Assembly (NCBI GenBank): GCA_965217775.1
Contig: CBDCJH010000002.1
Coordinates: 2,880,001 to 2,944,000, forward strand
From: Acidobacteriota bacterium
Lineage (GTDB): Bacteria; Acidobacteriota; UBA6911; RPQK01; JAJDTT01
DNA: 64,000 nucleotides
Direction of reading: 5' to 3'
The position numbers and the translations under genes were made by a program. The notes under the pieces were generated by a model. That model ran no database searches and was not told the origin of the DNA. It saw nothing but the letters and a program-made list of their open reading frames with translations. Shown one piece after another: positions 9,806 to 18,759 of this stretch. Positions within the stretch are counted from its first letter, which is position 1, and every line of letters begins with the position of its first letter.

Positions 9806-11221
9806 TCAACGGACGGTCGAGATTTGAACCGGTCCCAATTGCTCGAGTTCGGGCTTGAGTTCGGCGGCGGGACCACCGACGACGAGCAGTGAAGAGTCTT
9901 GCGAGAGGTACTCCATCAGGAGCTTTCGAAAGTCCTCGGGTGTGACCCGCCGCAGGCGGAGGCCATAGTTCGCGATGTAGGTGACACCCAGATCGTAGAG
10001 GCTGGTGTCCAGAAGGCGAGTCAGTCGCGCAACCGGATCTTCCAGCCGATTGCGGAATTCCAGATAGGCCAGGCTTCGGGCTTCCTCCATCAGAGACGGG
10101 TCCACCTGGCCCTCCCGAAGCCCACTCATGGTCTGAAGAAACTCCTTCAGATAGGGCATGAGACGGTCCGCGGAGGTTCTGAGACTCAATTGGAGATATC
10201 CCGGCATTCGAAACGCTTTCACCCGGGAAGAGGCCTGGATCTGTTGCTCGGCCTCGACCACTCGGGCCAACCCCGGCAGGGAGAGGGTCAGATACTCCTC
10301 CAACATCTTGAGGGCATAGTAATCTCGGCTGCCCATCTCGACGCCCAGCCTGCCCCAGCGAAAGAGGGCCTCGTCCCCGGGCAGGTCCTGCAACAGGATC
10401 CGCCAACCTTCCAGGACCGGGGCCCGGCGAAACGTGAACGGGGCCGCTTCGGCCCTGATCCAGACGCCCCAGCGGCGACTCAGTTCACGGAACATGGCCT
10501 GCGGCTCGGCAGACGTATGCAGGGCGAGCCTGGCCTGGTTGGGAAGAAAGAGCTTCCGGTATTGGATCTTGACGTCTCTCAGCTCCAGGTTCTCCAGCGT
10601 CTCCACCGTCCCCAGTACGCCGTGTCCGTAGGGATTCGGTCCGAAAAGATGGGCGAGAAACGCTTTCTGGGTGACCACTTCGGGTCTCTCCAACTGTTTC
10701 TCGACCGCTTCCAGTTGCTGCTTCCGCAGCCTCTCGAAGGTTTCCTCCCGGAAAAAGGGGCGCACCACGACCTCCCCCAGAAGGCCCAGCACCGCCGCGA
10801 GATTCTCTTCCGGAGCGCTTCCGTAGAGGTATATGGCATCCCAATCGACCTGAAGCTCCAACTCGCCGTTGAGGCTCTCGAGCTGCCGCTGAATCAGGGC
10901 CCCGGATCGAAGCTCCGTCTCTTCCAGCAACATCCGAGTGGTGAGGTGGGTGATGCCCCATTTGTCCACGGGATCGAAAGCGGCCCCGTTCTCGATCATG
11001 AGACGGAACGACCGGCGCGAGGGACCCGGCCGGAGCATCAGCACCTCCATTCCGTTCAGGAGGGACTTCCGCTCGAACGAAGGAACGGTCAGCTTCGCCA
11101 GCTTCACCGTCGGCGCGCCGGGTGCGGGCGCTATAATCAAGGCGATGACACCTGTCAGGATCGAAACCAGGCGGAATCCGAAACCAGGGCGGCAACCGGA
11201 GTACTGGATTGGATCTCTCAT
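9806..11221 (-). CDS. M16 (insulinase/pitrilysin) family protein, non-catalytic, probably exported
   Basis: LLNGMEVL..GAAFDP..WGITHLTTRML (HxxEH absent), PYGH..GT; hydrophobic N-terminal segment; extended -10 TGATACAAT just upstream. Confidence 0.75.
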   Translation of the reverse strand: MRDPIQYSGCRPGFGFRLVSILTGVIALIIAPAPGAPTVKLAKLTVPSFERKSLLNGMEVLMLRPGPSRRSFRLMIENGAAFDPVDKWGITHLTTRMLLEETELRSGALIQRQLESLNGELELQVDWDAIYLYGSAPEENLAAVLGLLGEVVVRPFFREETFERLRKQQLEAVEKQLERPEVVTQKAFLAHLFGPNPYGHGVLGTVETLENLELRDVKIQYRKLFLPNQARLALHTSAEPQAMFRELSRRWGVWIRAEAAPFTFRRAPVLEGWRILLQDLPGDEALFRWGRLGVEMGSRDYYALKMLEEYLTLSLPGLARVVEAEQQIQASSRVKAFRMPGYLQLSLRTSADRLMPYLKEFLQTMSGLREGQVDPSLMEEARSLAYLEFRNRLEDPVARLTRLLDTSLYDLGVTYIANYGLRLRRVTPEDFRKLLMEYLSQDSSLLVVGGPAAELKPELEQLGPVQISTVR

Positions 11222-11338
11222 GGATCGGACCATTGTATCAGTGTCCCGCGAGCCCGGCGCAAAAGAGATGGCGGGATTTCGGGTTCCCGGAAAAATGGAC
11301 TTACACGGAGGCAGCCGAGCTTGACCTTGAAGGGAGGC

Positions 11339-12589
11339 GTGACCGGATTCCGGGTTCCTCCAGTCCATCGGCACCGTCTCGAAAATGGACTGACGCTGCT
11401 GGTACGGCCGGATCACACCAGCCCCGTCGTCACCACCATGATCTGCTATCGGGTGGGTTCCAGAGTGGAGCCTCCGGGCCGGACCGGGATCTCCCATTTC
11501 CTGGAGCACATGATGTTCAAGGGCACCGGACGCTACGGACCCGGAGAGATCGATCGGATCACGGCGCTCCATGGGGGTTCCAACAACGCCTTCACCACGC
11601 AGGACTATACCGGCTACTTCTTCAGCTTCGCCTCCGACCGATGGGTCTGCGCTCTGGAAATCGAGGCTGACCGGATGTCGAACAATCGTTTCGACCCCCA
11701 GCAGTTCGAGCTGGAGCGGCAGGTGATCCTCGAGGAATCCGGAATGGAACAGGATCATCCCTGGGGAGCACTTCGCCGATCGGTCGAATTGAAGGCCTTC
11801 GAGAGGCACCCATACCGCTTCCCCATCATCGGATTGAGCCGGGACATCCAGGCGCTGACCGCGGAACAGATGGTGGAACACTACCGCAGGTACTACGTCC
11901 CCGGGAACGCCGTGCTGGCCGTCGCCGGCGACACCGATCCGGAGTTCACTCTCCGGACCGTGGAGCAGCTCTTCCGGCAGACGGCCTCCGGTTTTCCTCC
12001 GCCGCTCCTTCCACCCCAGGAGGAAGGGGGCAGCGGCCGGGTCAAGATCAAGGTTCGGCGACGGAGCCGCGTGCCCAGAATGTTGGTGGCCCTCCCCGCC
12101 CCCTCCATTCATCAGAGCGATCACGACGCCTTTCAGATCCTGGACCGGGTGCTCTCCGAGGGTCGACTTTCGCGCCTCTACAGGAAGTTCGTCGAAGAGA
12201 CCCGGTTGGCTTCCCTGGTCCATACCGAACTGGGCGACACCTTCGACCCCTACCTGCTGCTGATCCGCCTGGAGTTGCGCGAGGATGCCGATCTGCAACA
12301 GACGGAGGAACTCCTCTTCCACGAACTCATGCAGTTGTGCACCAGCCCCCTGAGCCGGAAGGAGCTGACCCGGGCCAAGAACCAGTGCATCAACCAGTTT
12401 CTTTTCGAACTGGAGACGACGTTCGACCAATGCATGCAACTGGCCTCGATGGAAGCCCTGCAGCGCCCCGGCTACTGGGACGACTACGTGGCACGAATCT
12501 CCAGGCTGACCGCCGGGGAGGTCATGGCGGCCGCGGCCAGGCACTGGTCCGGGCGGCGCTGGACCGTCGGCGTCGTGGAGATCGGATAG
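11339..12589 (+). CDS. M16 family zinc peptidase, catalytic subunit
   Basis: GISHFLEHMMFKGT (HxxEH), NAFTTQDYTGY, HPYRFPIIG; GTG start with GGGAGG ribosome-binding site. Confidence 0.92.
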   Translation: MTGFRVPPVHRHRLENGLTLLVRPDHTSPVVTTMICYRVGSRVEPPGRTGISHFLEHMMFKGTGRYGPGEIDRITALHGGSNNAFTTQDYTGYFFSFASDRWVCALEIEADRMSNNRFDPQQFELERQVILEESGMEQDHPWGALRRSVELKAFERHPYRFPIIGLSRDIQALTAEQMVEHYRRYYVPGNAVLAVAGDTDPEFTLRTVEQLFRQTASGFPPPLLPPQEEGGSGRVKIKVRRRSRVPRMLVALPAPSIHQSDHDAFQILDRVLSEGRLSRLYRKFVEETRLASLVHTELGDTFDPYLLLIRLELREDADLQQTEELLFHELMQLCTSPLSRKELTRAKNQCINQFLFELETTFDQCMQLASMEALQRPGYWDDYVARISRLTAGEVMAAAARHWSGRRWTVGVVEIG

Positions 12590-12641
12590 GAGTCTGCGCG
12601 GATGCGCACCGCGCGGCGCCGGTAGCCGGGAAGTTTCGAAA

Positions 12642-13913
12642 ATGGTCTTGGACGGGTTCGAACGACGGGTCTGGGACAACGGACTGGTGCTCCTCAGTTG
12701 CCGGAACGACCGCCTTCCCGTGGTCTCGGTCAACGCCTTCGTTCTTGCCGGCACCGACCGGAACCCGCTTCGGCAGCCGGGACTGGCGGCTCTTGCTTCA
12801 CGGATGTTGGAGGAGGGAACCGCCAAATACCGGGCCGACGACATCTCCCGCCTGGTGGAGGACGCGGGCGGCAACCTCTCTACCTTCTGCCAACATGAAA
12901 TGATCGGGATCTCCCTCCATCTCAGGGGCCGGGATCTGCCGGAAGGACTCGATCTGCTGGCCCAGATGCTGTCCCGTCCCACCTTCCCTAGGGAACGGCT
13001 CGGTCTGGAGCGGGAGAAGGCTCTGACCCAACTGGAGGCGCTGGAGGACGATCCACAGGTGGTGGTGAGCAACCTGCTGAACCGGGAGATCTACCAGGGC
13101 GGTCCGCTGCAGTTCCCTGCCCTGGGAACCCCGGCGTCGGTAAGGCGGCTCCAAATCGAGGACATTCGGGCGTTTCACCGCCTGCGATATGCTCCTGGGA
13201 ACACGATTCTGGTCATTGTGGGCAACGCCGGAAGCGCCGGCGTTGCCGATCTGGTCGACAACTGCCTGGGATCCTGGCGAAACGGCCACTACCGGAGGAG
13301 CCGACCTCCCGTGCCCCGGCGGCAGCGGGCGCCTCGGGTGCGGGAGCGGGTCCTGGAGGGCCGGGAACAGGTCCACATCTGTCTGGGACACCTGGGCGTC
13401 GCCCGGAACCACCCTGATTTCTACGCACTCCAGGTGATGGACGCCGTGCTGGGCAGCGGACCGGGGTTCAGCAGCCGGATCCCCCGGGAGCTCAGGGACC
13501 GCCGGGGCCTCGCCTACACCACCTACAGCGACCTCACTGGTTCCGCCGGCCGCTATCCGGGGCGGTTTCTCGCCTACATCTGCACCTCGCCGTCCAATCG
13601 TCAGGCCGCCATGAGTGGGCTCTTGGGAGAGATCGAGAATTTCATCGAGGGTGGACCCACGGAAGACGAATTGGCGCTGGCACAGAAATACCTGACCGGC
13701 AGCTTCGTTTTCGATTTCCAGTCCAACGCCCACGTGGCCCGATTCCTGCTCACGGCGGAACTCTTCGAACTCGATGCGGATTTCATCCGCTTGTATCCGG
13801 AATGGATCCGCGCGGTCGATGCGGAGGAGGTGAGGCGAGTTGCCCGGCTTCATTTGGATACGGTAAACTTCACGGCAATCGTCGCCGGACCTGAGTATGC
13901 CCTTACTCGCTGA
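12642..13913 (+). CDS. M16 family peptidase, non-catalytic partner subunit
   Basis: GLAALASRMLEEGT (no HxxEH) and C-terminal ELRDRRGLAY Arg/Tyr pair. Confidence 0.88.
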   Translation: MVLDGFERRVWDNGLVLLSCRNDRLPVVSVNAFVLAGTDRNPLRQPGLAALASRMLEEGTAKYRADDISRLVEDAGGNLSTFCQHEMIGISLHLRGRDLPEGLDLLAQMLSRPTFPRERLGLEREKALTQLEALEDDPQVVVSNLLNREIYQGGPLQFPALGTPASVRRLQIEDIRAFHRLRYAPGNTILVIVGNAGSAGVADLVDNCLGSWRNGHYRRSRPPVPRRQRAPRVRERVLEGREQVHICLGHLGVARNHPDFYALQVMDAVLGSGPGFSSRIPRELRDRRGLAYTTYSDLTGSAGRYPGRFLAYICTSPSNRQAAMSGLLGEIENFIEGGPTEDELALAQKYLTGSFVFDFQSNAHVARFLLTAELFELDADFIRLYPEWIRAVDAEEVRRVARLHLDTVNFTAIVAGPEYALTR

Positions 13914-14742
13914 AAGGCACCCCCTCACGATCCCTTACCGTCTGCTGTTCCTGCTCTTGGGGCTTCTGGTCCTGGCGGGAGCCGCCTGCGGCAGAAACCG
14001 GGTTCCGCCCCCTCTTCCCGGCGGCGCCGACCGGGACACCGGCGCCGGTTCCGGCACTGCCAGGACGGGGACCGATGCCGCCGAGCCGGCCGTTGCTTCG
14101 GCGCCCAGCCTGGAGATTCGCGTCGAGCCGGCCGTGATCCGGAGAGGGGGCTCGGCCCTGTTGTCATGGGAGTCTCACGACGCTGACGAAGTGCGGATCG
14201 ATCAGGGCATCGGAGTCGTCGATCCCTCCGGAAGGATCAAGCTCTTTCCCGAAGAAACGACCTCCTACCGGCTGAGCGCCACAGGGCAGGGGGGTACGGT
14301 GGAGCGATTGGTGACGATCGAGGTCTCGGCGGACCTGACCGGAGCGATCGACCAGGAGAATCTCCTGTCGCCGGCCCGGGACGAGGAAATCCCGCTTACG
14401 GTCGAGCCCGTCTTCTTCAGCTTCGACAGCAACGCGCTCGACGCTCAGAATATGGCCACCGTGGAGGCAAACGCGCGGTGGTTTTCCCAGCCCGAAAACG
14501 CCCAGGTCCGATTCGTGCTGGAAGGGCATTGCGACGAGCGCGGTACCGACGAATACAATCTGGCTCTCGCCGACAGGAGGGGACAGGTGGTGCGCCAAAT
14601 TCTGGTGGATGCCGGAATCGACCCCGACCGCATGACCACCATTGCGTTGGGGGAGGAGCGGCCCTTCGACACCGGCCAAACGGAAGAAGCATGGGCCATG
14701 AACCGGCGAGTTCATTTCGTCCTGATCCAGGAGCAGGAGTAG
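13897..14742 (+). CDS. OmpA/Pal-family peptidoglycan-binding lipoprotein
   Basis: Lipobox LAGAAC; EGHCDERGTDEYNLALADRR and NRRV. Confidence 0.88.
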   Translation: MPLLAERHPLTIPYRLLFLLLGLLVLAGAACGRNRVPPPLPGGADRDTGAGSGTARTGTDAAEPAVASAPSLEIRVEPAVIRRGGSALLSWESHDADEVRIDQGIGVVDPSGRIKLFPEETTSYRLSATGQGGTVERLVTIEVSADLTGAIDQENLLSPARDEEIPLTVEPVFFSFDSNALDAQNMATVEANARWFSQPENAQVRFVLEGHCDERGTDEYNLALADRRGQVVRQILVDAGIDPDRMTTIALGEERPFDTGQTEEAWAMNRRVHFVLIQEQE

Positions 14743-14749
14743 ACCGACC

Positions 14750-15250
14750 ATGTTCCAGACTACCTCCGCCGCCCGCACCAAAGAGCATTGGAAAATCCTG
14801 GTTCCCGTCGGGTTGGCGGCCACGTTGATCGTGGGCGTGGTGGTCTTCATGCATGAGCCCAAGCCCCGGCAGCGGGAGGAGCTGACCGGCGTGCTCCGCG
14901 AAGGGCACTCGGACTACGGATGGTATCGAGAGCACGTCAGCCTGACCCAACCTCGCCTCCAGATGGCCACGAACCTGGCCGGAAACCGAATGGCCATATT
15001 TTCGGCCACCATCGAGAATCAGGGGGAGAGGGCGCTGGACGTGGTCGAGATGAAGATGACCTTCTTCAACTACGACACGCCGGTCTGGGAAACCACCCGG
15101 ACTCCGATTCGGCCGGGCGCCTACACGGCCCCGATACAGCCCATGAAAAAACGGAGCTTCACGTTCTACATCCAGGATCTGCCCGGGGGGTGGATGGCCA
15201 GCCGCGCCGAGATGGACATTAACGGGTTTCGGTTCACCGCGCCGCAGTGA
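14750..15250 (+). CDS. Hypothetical membrane-anchored protein (beta-rich soluble domain)
   Basis: One N-terminal transmembrane segment, IENQGER motif, 7 bp after the Pal-like gene. Confidence 0.65.
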   Translation: MFQTTSAARTKEHWKILVPVGLAATLIVGVVVFMHEPKPRQREELTGVLREGHSDYGWYREHVSLTQPRLQMATNLAGNRMAIFSATIENQGERALDVVEMKMTFFNYDTPVWETTRTPIRPGAYTAPIQPMKKRSFTFYIQDLPGGWMASRAEMDINGFRFTAPQ

Positions 15251-16355
15251 CGGCCAAGCTGCCGGCCAGACGCCGGCCCAAGCTCTTCTCATCCGGCGGC
15301 GCCTGCGCGAACACCTTGCTCCAGACTCCCGGACGCTCCATGCACAAATAGACGGGAGTCCTGGGGCTGCGAGCCCTGACCCACTCCACGGCCGAACGGT
15401 ACATCCGCACCCGAATCGGCCAGAAGTAGCGAAGCTTGCCGTCCGGGACCGGGACCAGCTCGCCCAGCGGAAGTGCACTCCGGGGAAAACGGGACCTCAT
15501 GAAGGCTTTCAACTCCGCGCTCAGGCGGAGGCTGCCCAGGGAAATCCAGGAGACGGACTCGGGCGGTAAACGGCGGAAAATCTCGTCGACCAGATCCTCG
15601 TAGTCCCGCTCCCATCCCGAGTAATGGATCATGGGGTCCAGGTGGAACCCGACCCGGTACCCGTCGAGTACACAACGTTCCGCTGCCTTCAGCCGCCGTT
15701 CGATGCCCGCCGTGCGATGTTCCTCGCTCGCCTGGACCGTCCTGGGGTTGATGGACCAGGACACCACGGTGCGTCCGCCATGGTCCAGCCCCATCAGGTT
15801 GTCCACGCAATCCGACTTGGTCTTGAACTCCAGGATCGCGTTGTCGTAGCCGGAGAAGAATTCCACCAAAGGGACCGAATAGCGGGTCAGCGGATCCAGG
15901 GCCAGGCTGTCGGCCAGCTCGCCCGTGCCCACCCGGAAGGGGGTCTTGGGATGGGATCCGAAGCGGGTCTCAAGCTCCTGGATCAGGTCCCGATAGTTGG
16001 CGTAGACGACCAGGTGGGGGAAGTTGAGGTGGGTCTGGAGATAGCAGTAGCTGCACTCCATGTGGCAGTTGCTGGCGTAATTGACGACGAAGTAGTTGCA
16101 GCAGACGTTCCGCTCTCCCCGTGACCGGCTGGCCGGACAGTCCTTGAAGAAGCGGCCCTTGTGCCGAGCCAACACCAGGGATCTCTTGGCCGCTGCCGGA
16201 GAAGGACTCCAGCGGCGGGATTCGGACAGCAGGGTACGGGAGTCCTCGAGCCATTCGACCGGTGTGGAGGGCAGCCGGCGCAGCACGTTTCGTGTGATCC
16301 ACGAGTCCGCCACGCAGCGTTCCACGTAGATCCTGTCCGGTTTGTACGCAATCAT
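15234..16355 (-). CDS. Spore photoproduct lyase-like radical SAM protein
   Basis: CHMECSYC (CxxxCxxC) followed by YLQ, GTGELADSL, EFKTKS, SWSINP, GFHLDPMI, GKLRY, VYLCME. Confidence 0.85.
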   Translation of the reverse strand: MIAYKPDRIYVERCVADSWITRNVLRRLPSTPVEWLEDSRTLLSESRRWSPSPAAAKRSLVLARHKGRFFKDCPASRSRGERNVCCNYFVVNYASNCHMECSYCYLQTHLNFPHLVVYANYRDLIQELETRFGSHPKTPFRVGTGELADSLALDPLTRYSVPLVEFFSGYDNAILEFKTKSDCVDNLMGLDHGGRTVVSWSINPRTVQASEEHRTAGIERRLKAAERCVLDGYRVGFHLDPMIHYSGWERDYEDLVDEIFRRLPPESVSWISLGSLRLSAELKAFMRSRFPRSALPLGELVPVPDGKLRYFWPIRVRMYRSAVEWVRARSPRTPVYLCMERPGVWSKVFAQAPPDEKSLGRRLAGSLAVTAAR

Positions 16356-16424
16356 GGCGTCGGCCTCCGCCCATCCCTTCCGCTGCCGGCGGGGGACACA
16401 CTACAGCTTATCAGTCCCTCTTGA

Positions 16425-16461
16425 CAGCCCGTGGCAAAAGTCGTCACGGCATTCGACCGTC
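16425..16461 (+). mobile_element. MITE family A, left-end fragment
   Basis: CAGCCCGTGGCAAAAGTCGTCACGGCATTCGACCGTC matches the first 37 nt of the full copies. Confidence 0.85.
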
Positions 16462-16469
16462 ATGGTCCG

Positions 16470-17459
16470 TCACAACAGCTCGAAGATCCGTCCCAGCTCC
16501 GGACGGCCGGCCATTTCCTCGAGCCTGCCCACCAGGTGGCGAAACTCGGCGGGGTTGCGGCAGGAGAAGGAGACCGAGAGCAGATCCCCCTCGAAATAGG
16601 GAGGAACCTGCAAGCGGATCTGGGGTGGAACCTTGAGACCCCCCTTCAACCTGCGGTACCGATCCTGATGACGGGACAAGTGGGGCCGGCGCAATCGATG
16701 GAGACACTCCAGGATCCTGCGAAGACGCAGGGGGCGGACCGTCCGGGCGTCCTCATCCGCTTCCCTGGCGCCCGACGCCTCCCAGACCCGATCCAGCGCC
16801 CCGGACCCGCGTGGCCGCTCGGCGGACCTGAGGTCGTCCAACAGATCGAACAGTTCCCGCTGCCGGTTCCGCCCGGGTTCGTACCGTTCCAGGAGATCGA
16901 GAAACAGCTGGCGCTCCACAGCCGTCCAAGCCGCGAGCCTGAGCGCCGTCGCCGGGTCCAGGGCGCGATGAACGGCACGCTGCAAGGCCTCGTCGAGGCG
17001 CCCGAGGCGGAGGAAGAAGCGGAGACGGTAGCGGCTGGGCGAGGTGTTCAGGAGCGGCAGATAGCGCTCGATGAGTGCCTCTTCCCGGACCTCGAATTGC
17101 TCCCGGAGCTTGACCAGAGCCCGAGCCCGCTCCAGATCGTGAAGCGGACCGGCCGCTTTCTCCGCCAGCGCCCACTCGAAGAGCTGCCAGTCCGACGCCC
17201 GGCTCCAGACCAACGCCGGCGCCGCACGCAAACCGGCCTCCCGAGCCGCCCGGTAGCGGCGGAATCCCATGGCGATTCTCAGATTGCCCGCCGCAGCCGG
17301 CTGCAGGTGCAAGGGGGTCACCACTCCCACGCTCCGGACGGAGGCCGCCAATCGATCCATGGGGAACCAGTCGGGAGTGATGGCCAGGGTCTCATCCGAG
17401 CCGTCGATACGGGCCAGTTCCACAGCTTCCAGGGCGGGAGGCGGCTCCGGAAATATCAT
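16470..17459 (-). CDS. ParB/Srx N-terminal domain protein
   Basis: LAASVRSVGVVTPL and GFRR (GxRR arginine patch) followed by a helical region; start at ATG 17459 or TTG 17471. Confidence 0.75.
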   Translation of the reverse strand: MIFPEPPPALEAVELARIDGSDETLAITPDWFPMDRLAASVRSVGVVTPLHLQPAAAGNLRIAMGFRRYRAAREAGLRAAPALVWSRASDWQLFEWALAEKAAGPLHDLERARALVKLREQFEVREEALIERYLPLLNTSPSRYRLRFFLRLGRLDEALQRAVHRALDPATALRLAAWTAVERQLFLDLLERYEPGRNRQRELFDLLDDLRSAERPRGSGALDRVWEASGAREADEDARTVRPLRLRRILECLHRLRRPHLSRHQDRYRRLKGGLKVPPQIRLQVPPYFEGDLLSVSFSCRNPAEFRHLVGRLEEMAGRPELGRIFELL

Positions 17460-17627
17460 GGCGGGGATCAACCTCGGAAGCGACCGGTCGGCCGGTGTTT
17501 GTTCACGGAAACGACACCCAGGCGGACCGAAGGGAGATTGAACCTGGGACGCGCCTTGTGGTAGTGTCGCTCCTACTTGCTTTGAGCCTAAACCTTATTA
17601 CACTGCATGAGAAGGGTACAGCAATTG

Positions 17628-18626
17628 ATGACATTCAAAGCACGGCGAAAGGGTCTGCGGATCGGATTGGCCTTTGCCCTGACGGCCTTGGTACTGAACC
17701 CCCTGGCGGGACAACAGAAGGTCCCCTACAGCATCCAGGATTATCAGATCTACAAGGCAGCCATCGACGAACCGGATCTGGGTAAACGGGAAAACGCCAT
17801 CGTCGGCTTCATGAAGGCCAAGCCCTCTTCGAAGCTGAGCGAGTATGCCCTGGGCAACTACGTGAAGTTGCTGCAGGAGTACCAGACCAAGGCCAACCAT
17901 CGGAAGGTGGTATCGGCCGGGGAGAAGCTTCTGGCCCTGAAACCGAACGAGCCCAATGCGCTGAGGATGGTGACCTACGCCGCATTCCAGAGCCGGCAGC
18001 TTCAGAAGGCGGCCCAGTACGGCGAAAAATTCTACGCCAAAATGCCGTCGGCCGGACTCGCCTACATTCTGGCCCTTTCCTACGGGACCAAGAATCAGGC
18101 CAAGTACATCTCCTACGGCGAGAAGGCGGTGGCCGGGCTCAAGGCCGCCGAGACCTTCCAGATCGTGGCGGAGCTGACCAATATCTACGTGGGCAAAAAG
18201 CAGTGGAAGAGGGCGTCCGAGTATGGCCGCAAGACCATCAGGGCCTTCTCCGCGATCAAGAAACCGCAGGGCACCTCCCAGGCGGAATGGGACAAATACG
18301 TCAAGCTGCAGACGGCCGTTGCCCACGGCGCCGTGGCTCGTAACGCCGCCGAGTCCAGGAACTGGGGAGGCGCCATCTCCAGCTACAGCCGGGCCCTGCG
18401 CGCCACCTCCTCGCCGGGGCTCAGGGGAGAAGCCTACTTCTATATCGGGATGGGGCGATGGCAGCAGAATCGGATCGATGACGCCATGAAGGCTTTCGCC
18501 CGCGGCTCCGTCCAACGAAGGGCGCCTCATTCCAAGCATTGCCGCAAGCACCTGGAACAGCTCTACAAGTCCACCCACAACGACTCCCTCGCTGGAATCG
18601 AAGAGTTCGTCGAGCGGGTCAACTGA
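17628..18626 (+). CDS. Secreted TPR-like alpha-helical repeat protein
   Basis: Signal peptide (GLAFALTALVLNPLAG-QQ) and TPR-like A/Y/G periodicity; candidate promoter TTGCTT-16-TACACT at 17577-17604; alternative start 17607. Confidence 0.75.
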   Translation: MTFKARRKGLRIGLAFALTALVLNPLAGQQKVPYSIQDYQIYKAAIDEPDLGKRENAIVGFMKAKPSSKLSEYALGNYVKLLQEYQTKANHRKVVSAGEKLLALKPNEPNALRMVTYAAFQSRQLQKAAQYGEKFYAKMPSAGLAYILALSYGTKNQAKYISYGEKAVAGLKAAETFQIVAELTNIYVGKKQWKRASEYGRKTIRAFSAIKKPQGTSQAEWDKYVKLQTAVAHGAVARNAAESRNWGGAISSYSRALRATSSPGLRGEAYFYIGMGRWQQNRIDDAMKAFARGSVQRRAPHSKHCRKHLEQLYKSTHNDSLAGIEEFVERVN

Positions 18627-18658
18627 GTCATCCAGTCTGCCACCGGCAGATTCACCTC

Positions 18659-18697
18659 AAGGGCCGGGAGGGTAAGCCCCTTTCCCGGCCCTTTTTT
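18659..18697 (+). terminator. Rho-independent terminator
   Basis: AAGGGCCGGGA..TCCCGGCCCTT stem followed by a T tract. Confidence 0.8.
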
Positions 18698-18759
18698 CAC
18701 ATCCCCATCCTCGCGTTGTCGCCTGCTCCCGCCCGCGACGCCGTATTCATCCCGGTTCC

